Shown here: positions 12,932 to 26,276 of the stretch, piece by piece | Position numbering within the stretch: position 1 is the first letter of the stretch | Layout of the letters: every line of letters begins with the position of its first letter | NCBI GenBank assembly: GCA_002104905.1 | Contig: MCFE01000061.1 | Span: 62,001 to 126,000 of the forward strand | Source: Basidiobolus meristosporus CBS 931.73 | Lineage: Eukaryota > Fungi > Basidiobolomycota | Direction: 5' to 3' | DNA: 64,000 bases | Notes under the pieces: generated by a model | Seen by the model: the letters and a program-made list of their open reading frames with translations, nothing else | What the model was told of the DNA's origin: nothing | The model's database searches: none | Position numbers and translations under genes: made by a program

Positions 12932-13771
12932 GAGTCCAACAAATATTGCAAAGCTATAAAGTACCACACTCAGTATTAATCAGACTCAATCATATTCAAT
13001 ATATGTAATGGTGATCATTTCAAGCAGCTAAGAAGCAGTGGCTACTTTGAAGGTATATACAAACATGCCTTTGCCTTGGCACTAGATGGATTCTCATCAA
13101 ACAAGTACTCTCCCAGCAAATCCTGCTGGCCACTGATTCTCATCAACCTGAATATGCCATCTATCTAACAGTACATGAGTAAAAATCTGATGTTAATCTC
13201 ACTGGTATCTGGTCCTAAATCACTGTCCAACCTGGATAGCCACTTGTATCCATTGCTGGATGAATTCTGTAAGCTTTCCAGCAGGATAACAGTAAATGAC
13301 TGTCATGTAAAAGCATATATTATCATCTGCATTGGAGATGCCCTGGCCATCAGCAATAAAGCTGGCTTTTCTGGTTATAATGCACAGTATTGCTGTCACA
13401 TCTGTGAGATCCAAGGGAGTTATTCCATGGCTCACACAGCTATTGCCCAAACACCAACACTATGAACACCATCTTCCCACAGAGAGAATGTACAGAAGTC
13501 AGCTTGCAATTGCATCAAAGTTGGAAAGCTATAAGCCATTGGCCAGAATATCAAATCCATTGGAAACTGGAGATTCTTAAGATGGAGGGCATCTGTGGGA
13601 GCAAAAGGTTTCCACTGAGAGCAACGCATTTACTTTTCCAATAATATCCCTATTTTGATGACCAAGTTGTACATGGGGTATTTCATGCAAAACAAGCCCT
13701 TTGAGATACTGGAGAAATTTGAAAAAAGTGGCATGATATTACAGAATATCCACCACCCTAAGTACTTCTCA
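12932..13771 (+). mobile_element. CACTA transposase fragment, copy 3
   Basis: ORFs 13175-13465 and 13332-13580 repeat the SLVSGPKSLSNLD / IGDALAISNKAGF..YCCHIC motifs. Confidence 0.85.
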
Positions 13772-14240
13772 CTGACACTATAGAGTTCTTCTGCAAGTGT
13801 CTCCATTCTAGTAATGAGTAACAACAAATCATCCTCTGGCTTCTTTCTTCTGTTGAAGAACCTTCCTTTTTTAATAATGCTTGTGTAATACTGACTTTGC
13901 TCTGAAGATCTTCTTTATTGATTCCTATGCTGTTTTTGCGGCACTAAAAGCTTAAATTTGATCCATGAAGGAATCTCTCACATGTATAAATACGGCACTT
14001 AAGGCTTTTCTAGCCTTCTCATTAGACTTCTCATCTTTCTTACTGTTCCTTTAAGGTCTGATTCCTCTCTTGTTACTACATTCCAAAGTTTTCTTTCCTA
14101 AAGGTGGACCTGCATCTTGCTTTTTGAAAGTCTGTGGCTCTTCAATTCATTCTCTCCATTAGAGGGAAGAGGCTTATGTTATTCTGTTTGCTGGTAGAAG
14201 TCATTTTGGAATAGATCAAGGCAATTGGGGCTCATGTCCC
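13772..14240 (-). mobile_element. Decayed gag fragment related to Copia-2, with PBS remnant
   Basis: Aligns by eye to ~19940-20256 (RMETLAEELYS; GGGGCTCATGTCC resembles the half-tRNA PBS). Confidence 0.7.
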
Positions 14241-14329
14241 AGTAGGCAGGAACATTATGGAACAGTGTCAGGGTTAATGCAAGCTATTTGGTATGTAAAT
14301 AGCTGACAAATTTGTCTCTTCATTGCTGA

Positions 14330-14950
14330 GCCATAGTTGATGTCAATCTTGATGGCTTCTTCCATGGTGTAAGATCTTCACCAATTGTCATCCCTGCAAA
14401 ACTTCTTCTAACCCATCAGTAAGGTATTTAACTTGATAAAGGGGGACCATTCTTTCAATTTGTTAAAGTGGAACAACTATATTGATAGTTGTATTCTGAA
14501 CCATTTCTTTCTGTCTGATTGTCTTCAGCCCCCTGTGTAATAAAGTTGACTCATGTGAAGGCTGAAAGGCATTCTATGTTTCCAACCAAAACTTCTCCAA
14601 GGTAGAGATATTAAAGCTTCTTGTTGTGATGGCTGAGCTGATCTTCTTGCAATACTGTAGTCAAGCTGCATCTGCCAAGTAAGAAGCTGCAAAATGCAGC
14701 TTTTTCTGGGCAATTCCTTTAGCCCTGAAGGCTTCTTCAGCTTGCAAGAGCCAAATTCTTAGTCTTTCCATGAATCTACCATGACACTGGCTGTTTGTGA
14801 CACTAAAATTACTCTTGACAGGGCTTTGCTGGCTCTGAGCCATGGTAGCCATAGCTTGTTGCTGCTGGCTAGGATCTGGACTAATTGTTGCTGCTAAACT
14901 AAGATTAACTGCATGGCATTCCTTCATTGTTGATTTTCCAGCATCTTGAG
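14330..14950 (-). mobile_element. Decayed Gypsy gag fragment related to Gypsy-A
   Basis: ORF 14661-14927 (MAQSQQSPVKSNFSV..AEEAFRAKGIA..HFAASYLADAA) matches Gypsy-A gag. Confidence 0.8.
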
Positions 14951-15682
14951 AGGAGATTCTGATTATTGATGCTTGTTTTATTCAAGAGAAAAGTGTAGTA
15001 AAACTCTTGAATGAGTTAACTGAACCTAAGTGGCAACTAAGCGCAAAATTTTTGAATTGTCAAAGATGACAGAAATATTAGCAGAGTAGTTCTAGTCTAA
15101 TATTGGTTTTGTAAATAGTTTTATTGGGCTATAAAGGCAACAGAGTTGGTTTGCTATACAGGCTAGGCTTGGTGTTCTTGGGAATGCTAGATATGCAAGG
15201 CTAGGGTGGAAGCTAGAATGGAATTGATGAATTCTTAATTTTGCAGAGGTACAATCTTAATTTTGCTGAGACACAAACTGATCCAAAAGGTGCAGTAAAC
15301 TTTATTTATATTTTTCTGATCATGTTGAATTAGTAAGCACCAAGAGACTGGACTAATTGAAATCTGTTGGGGTGCTCTTAGGTGCATAAGATAAATGATA
15401 AATTGCATCATTAATCAACTGATCTCTTGGAAACTGCTAAGTGGTTGGATATATCTCAGATGACTAATCACTTGGAAAGGCTTAGCAGATCAGTTGAGGA
15501 TGTAGTCACCACATGAAAATTTATCAAGTGTGACAGCTAAAAATAGATTCTGAGAGGTGATAAAATAAACATAACTGGGATTAGTTATGTTTGGGTTAGA
15601 GAAAATCAGTTAGGGTGCCAGATTTTATAACAGAGTTGATAGGCTAAGTTTCAAGTGTTGAGGCCCAACACTGCTACTAAAA

Positions 15683-15800
15683 TAACAAGTCTTAGTTTAC
15701 AAATTGTAGAGGAATAGGGTGTTTAGCTTGTATTATATTCACTAAAATTTGAGCTGATTCTTGTTGATGTTCCAGCAGCTCACTATAAGCATCTTACCAG
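15683..15800 (-). repeat. Diverged fragment of LTR family A
   Basis: TAACAAGTCTTAG..TTGTAGAGGAATAGGG..TTCCAGCAGCTC matches the first ~120 bp of 4539-4906. Confidence 0.7.
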
Positions 15801-17468
15801 TTCAGTATTTATATCTATGTAGAAATAATACAGCTGTAACACTAAGTAAGGATGGTTTCTCAATATTCAGGAGCATTCTGTAACAGTTTCAGGGTTAGTA
15901 CATAATAGTTAGTATTAGTGCTAATTTGATCCTGACAATAGGGGAATATTCATAAGATCATAGATCTGAAGAAAGTGGCAAAGTTAGAGCTGTAAATTAG
16001 TCCCACAGTGACCAAGACTAGTCCAGAATTATTGAGTAAGCTTTTAGCTGCAGAATGGTACCAAGTAGTCCAATATTTCAGCACTCTCTGTCAACTAAAT
16101 AATATCTTAATCCTAATTCCTCTCTGAGATTCTCAAATTGTGGCCTAGCTAGTGGTTTTGTCAATGTATCTGCCACCATTCTGTTAGTTGGGCAGTACAC
16201 TAACTCTATTAAGTTATTTTCTACAGCTTCCCTCACAAAGTGATGCTGTATATCAATGTGCTTAGTTCTGGCATGATTAGTAGGACTTCTAGCTGATGTA
16301 ATACAGCTTTGATTATCCTTGTAATACATGTTGGTTCATACAAGTTAAAACCAAGGTTTTTGAATAACTTTTGTAGCCATAAAGCCTCCTTAGTTGCTTG
16401 ACATGCAGCCATATATTCAGCTTCAGTTGTAGATAGGGCCACAGTTGGTTGTTTCTTGCAATTCCAAGTAATAGATGCACCAGCATAAAGAAATACATAG
16501 CCTGTGGTAGAGCGTCTGTCAATCAGATCCCTACCCCAATCTGAATCACTATAACCATCAAATCTTTGCCTATTAGCTGCTCCAGAGTGTACCAGTACCA
16601 TATTTATGGTACCTGGTAGAAATCTGAAAATCCACTTAACTGCTGCAATTTGATCTGCTCCATAATTCTGTATGAATTGACTGACTATTCCAGCTGCCAC
16701 TGCAATATCTAGACATGTAGACACCATCAAGTACATTAGGCTACCAACCATTGATTGATAGGGAAAGTTTTGGTCCATATCTGAGCCATTTTCATCTATA
16801 ACTGGCTGAGATTTGCTTAATTTCAGGTTATTGTCCATACGGGTAGCTGCAGGTTTGCAATTTTCCATTTGAAGCGTTTAAGAATGTACCTAATGTACTT
16901 AGACTGATTCTGCACAATTTTCTGCTCAGGAATATCAAATTTGACTTCAATTCTAAGAAAATAGCTCAATTTTCCAAGATCTTTCATCTCAAACTTGCTG
17001 AAGAGATCTGATTTTGTCTGTATAAGTGCCTCTTGGTCACTTGAAGCTATAATTAGGTTGTCCACATAAAGAACTAGGATGATCACACCCTTTTTGAGCT
17101 GTCTCACATATATACTGTGATCTGCAGTGCTACAAGAGAACCTGATTTCCTCTAGATATGTGTCAATCTTGTTATACCATGCTCTAGGTGCCTGCTTAAG
17201 CCCATACAACAATTTTCTAAGTTTCCATACCTCATGGGGTACTTTTGGATTGGTAAAGCCTTCTGGTTGCTCCATATACATAGTTTCTTGCAAATCCCCA
17301 TTTAGAAAGGCTGTTTTGACATCCATTTGGTGTATATCTAAACTGTGTACAGCTGCCAGGGCTAGAACTGTCCTAATGGAGTTAAACTTGGCAACTAGAG
17401 CAAATGTTTTCTTAAAGTCTAGTCCCTGGATCTGGGAAAAGTCTTTAGCCACCAATCTAGCCTTGTAC

Positions 17469-17839
17469 TCTTACAAGTCTTGCATAAGAGTTGTAGAGGA
17501 ATAGGGAGTTTGGCTAGTATTGTATTCACTAAAACTTGAACTGATCTTTATTGAGATTCCAGCAGCTCCTTATATACATTTTGCCAGATCAATTGCTGAA
17601 TAATTGTATTTCCTAATGTAGGCTGTTGCTGATGACTCATTAAATTGCATTGTCATCACCCAAAAAGATCCTACTTAATATATCTATTTCTGTCTGATAA
17701 AGATCTGCTGATTCATTTGCTGTCTAATGTTACTGATTTGATAGATAATATTGATACACTGATAACCTAAACAAATAACTAATTGATTTGACTAAAAAAA
17801 ACTGATCTAACTTAAACATTCAAGTGGTAGATCATAGCA
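17469..17839 (-). repeat. Solo LTR, family A, inserted in the Copia-2 RT
   Basis: TSD GTAC (17465-17468, 17840-17843). Removing it restores GTIDKY|KARLVAK. Confidence 0.95.
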
Positions 17840-20242
17840 GTACTTATCAATGGTACCATTTGAGGTTATCTTGATCTTGTAGACCCATCTACATCCTATT
17901 GGCTTTCTCCCATTTGGTAAATCTGCCAGTTCCCATGTTTTTGCCTTGATCAGTGATTGGTACTCCTCCTGCATGGCTTGTTGCCACTTGGTAGCATCTG
18001 GACTTTGCATTCCCTGTTTCAGATTCTGAGGTTTGGCACATAAGGCAAGATAAGCTTCTTCATGATCATTGGATGTCTGCCACCAGGATCCAGGGGCATT
18101 TCTTATTCAGGTAGATCTCCTAACTGGGATAATCTGTTCTGATCTGGAACTGGTAGAAGTATCTTCTGTATCTGGCTGGATTTGGTACGTATCTTCTTCA
18201 TTAGTGTTGATTGCATCATCAGGCAGCAATGATTTCTGTGGCTTTCTGATCTGAATTCTTCTCAAATACAATGTCCCTGCTCTTGATCAGCTTCTGAATT
18301 TTGCCATCATACACTCTATACCCTTTAGTATCTTCACAATACCCAAGAAAGATCTCTCTCCTACTCTCTGGTTCCAACTTTGAGCGTTTTTTGTCAGGGA
18401 TAGGATAAAAAACATCACTGCCAAAGATCTTGAGGTGCTGGAGATCTGGTTTTCTCCCTGTATATGCTTCATAGGGTGAGGAATCTTGTAGTGCTGTTGT
18501 TGGGCATCTGTTCTTAATGTATACAGTGGTAGCAACAGATTCAGCCCAAAACCTGTAGTCCATTCCCTTATCAAGTAGCATAGATCTTCCCATCTCTACT
18601 ATTGTTCTACTTGCACATTCTGCAACTCCATTTTGCTGTGGAGTATGAGGAACTGTGGTCTGTTGAAGTATACCAGTAGACAAGCAGTATTTTGCAAACT
18701 CCTTTGAGCAGTATTCTCCTCCATTGTCACTTTGTAGTACCTTCAATTTACACCCAGTTTGTGTTTCTGCCATGTTCTTGAAGTGCTTAAACATCTCTAA
18801 AGCTTCATCCTTTGTTTTGAGGAAGTACACCCATGTATATCTTGTTTTGTCATCAATAAACATCATTAAGTATCTCTTGGCTCCAAAGGACAGTGTTCTC
18901 ATGGGGCCACATATGTCTGAGTGTACAATAGCCAATATTTTGGTGGTATTGATGCCTTCTGAACTCTTGAAACGTTGCCTAGCTTGTTAGCCATATGAAC
19001 ATCCCTTACAAACATTCAATTTGATTGGAATTGAGTATTTTAGGCCCAAAACAAGCTGATTTTTCACCAATTGGCTCATTTTCTGTTCCCCAATGTGTCC
19101 TAGCCTCCTATGCCATGTCTCCCAGTTGGTTTCATCAGTTTCAGCAATGTTGTCATACTCAGGTACAATGATCTTGCATTGTAACTTGTATATATTGTGA
19201 TCTCTGATTCCCAAAGCTAATTTTTGTCCATTCTCACTCAATATTGAGCAGCTCATCTTAGTAAAAACAAATTTCAGTCCCTGAGCAGTTGCTTTACTGA
19301 CTGAGAGTAAGTTCTTAGCCATTCCAGGCACATAGAGTACGTCAGTGAGTCTTGCTGTAGTTGACTCTGAGCTGTTGCTCATATTTAGTTGTATAGACCC
19401 ACTTGCGGTAGCTTCCAGAGCAGAGTTATCTCACAGATAGACCTTTCTTACGGGAATATTTTTTAGGTTGCTGAACCACTCCTTTATACCACAAATATGC
19501 TGTGATGCTCCAGAGTCAATATACCATTCATTACTTTGGTTACTTGCACTCTCTTGTACGGTACAAATAATTGTTCATCAGTAGTTATATGGCTTGCCTG
19601 CTCTAGTTTCTGTTTTTTGTCTGCTTGTTTCTTCTTGCATTCTCTTGCCCAGTGTCCTGGCTTTTAACAATAGTTGCAGCAACCAGGTTTTCTTTGGTTT
19701 TGTTGTTTTCCCTTCTTTTCTGCGTGCCTTTCTGAACTGAATAAAGCATTATCTTTGATTTTCTCTGCTTGATCATTACATCTGAGTTCTTCATGGAGAA
19801 GTCTTCCTTTGACATAGTCTAAAGTCAAGTTGTCTTCTCTGCTATCAAAAGAAATTATGAGTGGCTCATACTTGTCTGGTAGGCTGCAAAGCAGACAGAG
19901 TATCTTTTCTTCATCATCTACACCAGCATTAATACTGTAAAGTTCCTCTGCAAGTGTCTCCATTTTGGTAACTCTCCAATGAAGGAATCTTGCACATTGA
20001 TACATATGGCATCAATGGCCTTTCTCTCCTTCTCTTAAAACTTGTCCACTTCTTCTGCTGTTCCTTTGGGCTTAACTTCTTTTCCTGTTACTATATTACA
20101 AAGCTTCCTTTCCTCAAGGTGGATCTGCATCTTGATTCTCCAAAGTCTGTAGTTCTTCCCATCAAACCTCTCCTTTACAGGGAAGATGTTTGTGTTGTTC
20201 TGTTTGCTGGTAGAAGTCATCTTCAGAATAGATTAAGGCAAT

Positions 20243-20256
20243 CAGGGCTCATAACC
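20243..20256 (-). promoter_or_regulatory. Half-tRNA primer-binding site GGTTATGAGCCCTG of Copia-2
   Basis: Abuts the 5' LTR. Complementary to the anticodon stem-loop CAGGGCUCAUAACC of initiator tRNA-Met. Confidence 0.85.
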
Positions 20257-20625
20257 TGTTGCAATTTAAGAAGTGATTTGGATATAAGGAACTTATCAAG
20301 ATATAGTGATAACAGTTGAACTGTTGTTTATCAATAAAGAAGCTCAGTATTTATACCTTTGTAGAAGTAATACAGCTGTAACACTAAGTAAGGAGGGTTT
20401 CTTGATATTCAGGAGCATTCTGTAACAGTTTCAGGGTTAGTACATAATAGTTAGTATTAATGCTAACTTGATCCTGACTATAGGGGAATAATCATAAGAT
20501 CATAGATCTGAAGAAAGTGGCAAAGTTAGAGCTGTAAATTAGTCCCACAGTGACCAAGAGTAGTCCAGAATTGTTGAGTAAGCTTTTAGCTGCAGAATGA
20601 TATCAAATAGTCCAATATTTCAACA
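20257..20625 (-). repeat. 5' LTR of Copia-2
   Basis: TGTTG...CAACA ends. Its right part repeats at 15801-16083 and its left part at 22964-23040. Confidence 0.9.
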
Positions 20626-22404
20626 GGTAATCCACAGCTAGCTCTCTATTTTGCTACTCTACCAATTTACCAAATAGTGTTTCCTTTTCCACCTCCCCTT
20701 GTGCAATTCATATATTCCACTGTATAATCACTGCTCTTTATTTGCTTACCCACAACTACCATGGGTACTCAACACATGTCCTCCTGCTTACTAACCTCTA
20801 CAAATGCACACACCTGCTGCAATTGACATACTTGTATCACCTCTACTTTACAGCTTTTTAGTGTGAAGCTTGCAAAATTGCCATTTACCTTGTATTGCTG
20901 GTTACATATAGCTCTTGCAAACTTATGGTTGGTTATTGCCACTTCTGCCATGACTACTTCCTGAATATTGGCAAAGAACTTTTTGGTATTTTGACAATAT
21001 ATACCTTTGCCCTGCTGGATTCTAGTCCCCCTTATAGGTGTGCCTTGGCTCTTGTATGTGTGAATTCCATATTGAATAATGCAGAGACTAGCTTGTGACC
21101 AAGGGAAACCCTGCATACTTTGGAAGAGTTTTCTTATAAAGAATGGTTACTTGATGCACAAAACCCAACCTTACATAACTTAACTGATTACCCACTCATT
21201 AGGGCTGTGTAGCTTATTAATGCCATAGGCATAGGTGACTCCATGTGCACATATCTCCTCAGTACTTTCCAACTCTTCCTGGCTGTCCTCCTTGTAACAA
21301 CTCATCACATCTGTGACATTCTTGAAGGTAATTTTTTTGATGAGATTGGGATATGATAGTACCTGCAACTTGACTTGTCTCACCATCTCCCCACACATCC
21401 TCTCCATAGGAAACTCCCAAAAGGTGAAGCAAGGTCCAGTATACTCAACATACCAAGCAAGATGGTGTAGCAAATTCAGCTTTATGTTTGTAGTATAGCT
21501 GCTCAAATCCCATCACAAACTCTTTGCACAAAAGCTGTAGATGTGTCAAGTTGGAATTGGTAAGCCACTTTTGGATATATTATTCTACATTGTCCACTAC
21601 TGACTCACAGTGCTTCCAATGTACTCTTGGTAGCAATGGCTTCAAAAGGCCACTCAAATAAATACATATCCAGTTCATCCCGTCCTTGAGCTTGTATTCT
21701 TGAATATGCATATGAATGTTGATTGGAGCCCACAAGAAGTACTTAGGGTAGCAAATACCCTTTAATATCATGCTAATTCTTTCAAATTTCTCCAGTATCT
21801 CACAGGGCTCATATAGCATGAAATGCCCCATGTACAACTTGGTCATCAGTATAGAGATATTGTTGAAAAGCAAATGCATTGCTGCCAGTGGAAAGCTTTT
21901 GCTCCAACAGATACCCTCTATCTTAAGTTTCTCTGGTTTCCACATGATTCCACACTCCAGCCAATAGCTTATAGCTTGCCATCTTTGCTGCAATTGTATG
22001 CTGACTTCTATACATTCTCTCTGTGGGATGATGATGTTACTAGTGTCTGTGTTTAGGTAATAATAATCTGTGTGAGTTTTGGAGTAAGTCCCCAGGATCT
22101 CACACATTCAACAGCAATACTGTCAATAGTGCCCAGAAAAGCTGGCTATCTTGCCAATGGCTGGGGTATCTCCAATGCAGATAAAAATTTGCTCATTTAC
22201 ATGTAAGCCATTTACTGCTATCCTGCTGGAAGGCTTACATATTCATGCAGTAATGGATACAGGTAGCTATCCAGGTTGCACAGAAGTTGAGGCCCAGACA
22301 CCGGTGGTATCAGCATCAAATTTCTTCTCTGATACCATAAGATAGGCCGCAGATTCAGGTTGATGAGTATCAGTGGCCAGGAGGACTTGCTGGTAGTGTA
22401 CTTG
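20626..22404 (-). mobile_element. Degenerate CACTA transposase, copy 4
   Basis: ORFs 21580-22107, 21180-21506 and 20769-21116 repeat the transposase/DUF4218-like motifs (GPCFTFWEFPMERMCG). Confidence 0.85.
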
Positions 22405-22963
22405 TGTTATGGTCTGCCACTTGAATGTTTAAGTTAGAGCAGTTTTTAGTCAGATCCATTAGTTATATGTTTAGCTTATTGTATATCAGTATTATCTATC
22501 AAATCAGTAGCATTAGTCAGCAAATGAATCAGCAGATCCATATCAGACAGAAATAGATATATTAAGTAGGATCTTATTGGGTGATAATGATGCAATCAAA
22601 TGAGTCATCAGCCACAGCCTACATTGGGAAATACAATTAGTCAGGAATTGATCTGGCAAAATGTATACAAGGAGCTGCTGAAACCTCAATAAAGATTGGT
22701 TAAGTTTTAGTGAATACAATACTAGCTAAACTCCCTATTCCTCTACAACTCTTATACCAAGACTTGTAATATTGGTAGCAGCAATAACAAGAAACATCCC
22801 TCCTGAAGAAAGAAGAAGCCTCCTTCAAGATGTCCAAAAATCAAGAATGGAAGAATGCTATGCAACAAATCCTGGCCTGGCAGAAACAGTTACTGCATAT
22901 GTGCTGTGATGCTCCTGCAAAAATACTTTGTTCAACACTAAAGCTTACTGCACTCTCTATTAC

Positions 22964-23040
22964 TGTTACAATTGCAATTTAAGAAGTGATTTGGATATAG
23001 TAAGCTTATCAGAAATAGTGATAATAGTTGAACTGTTGTT
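22964..23040 (-). repeat. Fragment of the Copia-2 LTR
   Basis: TTGCAATTTAAGAAGTGATTTGGATATA..GTTGAACTGTTGT matches 20257-20330. Confidence 0.8.
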
Positions 23041-23041
23041 A

Positions 23042-23398
23042 TGTTATGATCTACCACTTGAACATTTAAGTTAGACCAGCTTTAGTCAAATCAATTAGTA
23101 CATGCTTAGCTTATCAGTATATCTGTGTTAACTATCATGTCAGTAGCATTAGTCAGCAAATGAATCAGCAGAACCTTATTAGACAGAAATAGATATATTA
23201 AGTGGAACTTGTTGGGTGATGATGATGCAATCAAATGAGTCATCAGCCACAACCTACATTAGGAAATACAATTAGTCAGCAATTGATCTGGCAAAATGCC
23301 TAAAAGGAGCTGCTGGAATCTCAATAAAAACTAATTCAAGTCTTAGTAAATACAATACTAGCTAAACTCCCTTTACCTCTACAACTCTTATGCCAACA
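23042..23398 (+). repeat. LTR family A copy, 3' end fused to an LTR-D
   Basis: Homologous to 22405-22771. Joins LTR-D through the shared CCAA(CA). Confidence 0.85.
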
Positions 23399-24432
23399 TT
23401 TCTCAAGTGTGAATATGTGTGGGGTGTTTGCTGGGTGTGATAACCTCTGGCAAAAGCTTGCTAGGAATATTGGGTCTTTTGTCTAATCTAATGTGAAGGG
23501 GGATAAAACCTCAAGCTTGTCAAGGGAAAACTATTGAGCTACAATCCCCAACTTAGTTGGTGTCTTAACAAAAGTTTATAATGGATTCAACATCCTTTGA
23601 GATGACAGAGTACTAAAGCTTCCAAAGTCAAAACAACAGTAAACTCCACCAACAGGGACTTGATAAGAATGCAGCTTTGACCAATAGTTACAAAGACTGA
23701 AAAGTATCTTTCCCTGTACAAAAACAAACTTGGGAAAACAATCAAATATAATAAAAATACCTACTCTGAGTATTCCTCACAAGTAGTGCCTCCAAGGTCA
23801 GTTGGCTGTCAGCATGGTTTCCTGGGAGTATTGTCAGGTCTGGGTAAGAAAGTAGTGGTAATAGGCAGCGGTGATCTCACTAATGAATAAGTCAGAATAT
23901 TGGAAGAGGGATGATTTGTTTTCATGGAGTAGCCTCCCATTTATAGTTTTTGCTGCTCAAATGCTTGCTGAAAAGTACATTCTGGAAGTTTCCAGAAGGT
24001 AGTAGACAGCCAATCATGTCACTGTGTACTAAAAATAGCTCAAATTCTTGGCAGATTGTTCCATGAGACATAGTAGTACCTAGCCAATCAAATAGTGGTA
24101 ATATGAAACCTCTGTGTCCTGTAGTTACCTCATATGGTAGTAGGATAGGAGGGTTATGAAACCAGAATGGTCACATGACATAGGCACTGTTGGGGGTACT
24201 TACCTTAAATGGTAACTATTTTCTCTTGGAATCATGGCAAGGAATAGGAATAGCTTGTGCAATGGTTAATAGTGACAAATAGTTTGCCAGGTCAAATAGT
24301 AATAATCACATAGACAGATAGAAAATATTGCAATTTGCAATGATACTGATATAGGGGGGGTAATCTTTTTTAGGAAAGTGAAAACATAGAAGGAGCATAT
24401 CTGCCTGTGGGTGTCACTGTGACCCCACTACA
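23393..24432. repeat. 5'-truncated copy of the ~1.07-kb LTR family D
   Basis: Homologous to 33162-34197. Ends CCCCACTACA directly before Gypsy gag resumes. Confidence 0.8.
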
Positions 24433-26264
24433 CTGGTACCATGGTAGAGTCAATGAAAACCTGGGAACTTGGCTCTTCCAGATTGAAGAAGCTTTCAAGG
24501 CTAAGGGAATTGCTCCAGAAAGCAATTTATATTATGCAGCCTCTTACCTGGCAGATGCAGCTTTACAGTGGTACCACAACAAGGTCAGGTCAGCCACCAT
24601 GATGGGATGCTCTACAATCTCTACCTGGGATGAGTTTGTGTTGGAAATTCAGGATGCCTTTGAATCCCTACACCAACAGACACCACTAAGAAGAAAGTTG
24701 AAGACACCCAGACAGAAACAAATGGTCCAAGAGTACATCTATGAATATAGATGTCTACTTGGGTGAATTGAAAGAACAGACCCTCTGGATCAAGTTGAAT
24801 ACTTTGTTGATGGATTGAACAAAAGAACTTGTAAGGAAGTGAATTATCAAAGACCTCAAGCTATTGAAGAAGCCATCAAGATTGCCATTTACTATGACTC
24901 AGCTATGTTTACAGTTGGGAAGCACACAATAACTAATCAGAGAGGCCACAATCACTATGAAAGAAGACAATCAGTAGCAGTGCCAATGGAAATAGATGCT
25001 ATGCAGAAGAACTCTACCTCATAAGAATGTAAGAAGAAAGGACTTTGCTCCATTGCCACCAGCAGGGACATATTGCAAAGTACTGCCCTCAGAGAAGAAA
25101 TGGACACCAGCCATCAAGAACCTTTGACCTTATTGAGGCCCTGAAGCATGGTAACATGGAGGATGAACTTGAAGAAGACTCAGAACTCACCTACCATATG
25201 ACAGAGGAATACCTATCCCAGATGACCTCAAACTCAGGAAAGCTATTATACTTGAATGGAGTAATCAATGGAGTACCTGCCAAGATCACAATTGACTCAG
25301 GAGCATTGCATGAGTACATGTCAGAGTAACTTGCTTTCAAAGCTGGAAACAACTTGGAACCCATCAAATCAACATCAGTCTCAACAGCTGATGGGAACTC
25401 TCACATAATCAACTGTATTACTAAGCCAGTAAGGATGAAGATCAATGACTATGAAGAAGATCTACAGGCCTATATACTTGGGAACTGCAAGTTTGAACTT
25501 ATACTTGGGAAAACCTGGTTATTTTGTTGTAATCCATCAATCAACTGGAGAACCCATGCTACTCAGATCCAGAAGGACAACAAGACCTATGAGCCATTAC
25601 CTGCTAGACTGGATTTAACTTGGTCAATTCCAGTGTGTGTGAAACAAGTGAACTTAGCAAGTCACAGTTCTGTAGAGCACTAAGAAAAGGCACCCAGATG
25701 TTTCTCATGGCAGTATTACAGGAGGATTCCTCTACTCCAGTACCCCAGAAGGCCCAGACTCTTTTAAAAGAATATTCAGACATATTTCCAGATGTGCTTG
25801 TATGCCTACCACCAGTCAGATACATGGATCATGCCATTGAAACAGGAGATAGCCCTCCAGTGAGTAAGACACCTTACATAATGAGTCCATTGGAGTTGGA
25901 AGAGATGAAGAGACTGTTGTAAAAAATTTGTATTTCCACCTAAATATTCACCTAACTTAGTCACTTAGATCATTACCTTCAAATCCTAGAAAATACTGAC
26001 CAAATTCCTTGTCGGGATTTACTTAGAATATTTTCACCAAAATACCAGGTACCCAGAACATGAAAATTCTCAAAGTTGTCCAAACAGCCCCAAACTTTGC
26101 ACACATGTTCTTGGGACCTTCCTTAACCTATTCTACGTGTTTGTAATGCCAAGACCAGGTAAAAGTATAAATACCACTTTTACATTCAATAAATCATTAA
26201 GTGAAAACCACATAATCTACTTGTTCTCCCAATCACTTCCAATATCTCCAAGACTCTTACAACA

Positions 26265-26276
26265 GGTTATGAGCCC
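26265..26276 (+). promoter_or_regulatory. Half-tRNA primer-binding site GGTTATGAGCCC of Copia-1
   Basis: Directly after the LTR end CAACA. Reverse complement of the tRNAiMet anticodon-arm sequence GGGCUCAUAACC. Confidence 0.9.

Larger units (their letters stand above)
15801..20625 (-). mobile_element. Degenerate Ty1/Copia element (Copia-2), interrupted by a solo LTR-A
   Basis: Order Gag-PR(YIDSGASQH)-GAG-pre-IN-IN(HSDICGP, QSDNGGEY)-RT(HQMDVKTAFLNG, LYVDN)-RH(GYSDSDW, RTKHIDI). 5' LTR at 20257-20625; left-truncated 3' LTR at 15801-16083. Confidence 0.93.

Noticed and set aside
14975-15631. Possible ~650-bp LTR of the decayed Gypsy at 14330-14950, with a 10-bp hairpin near 15567-15591
   Set aside because: Only position and a TATAACA end support it. 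There is no second copy in the window.
24427-24432. CACTACA here and at 34191-34197 read as CACTA transposon starts
   Set aside because: They are the right termini of LTR-D, as shown by the TGTGGTGG left end and the CCGC TSD.
26137-26268. N-terminal 44 codons of the 1367-aa ORF
   Set aside because: They lie inside the LTR/PBS and begin at a GTG upstream of the TATA box. The real start is probably 26269 or 26296.
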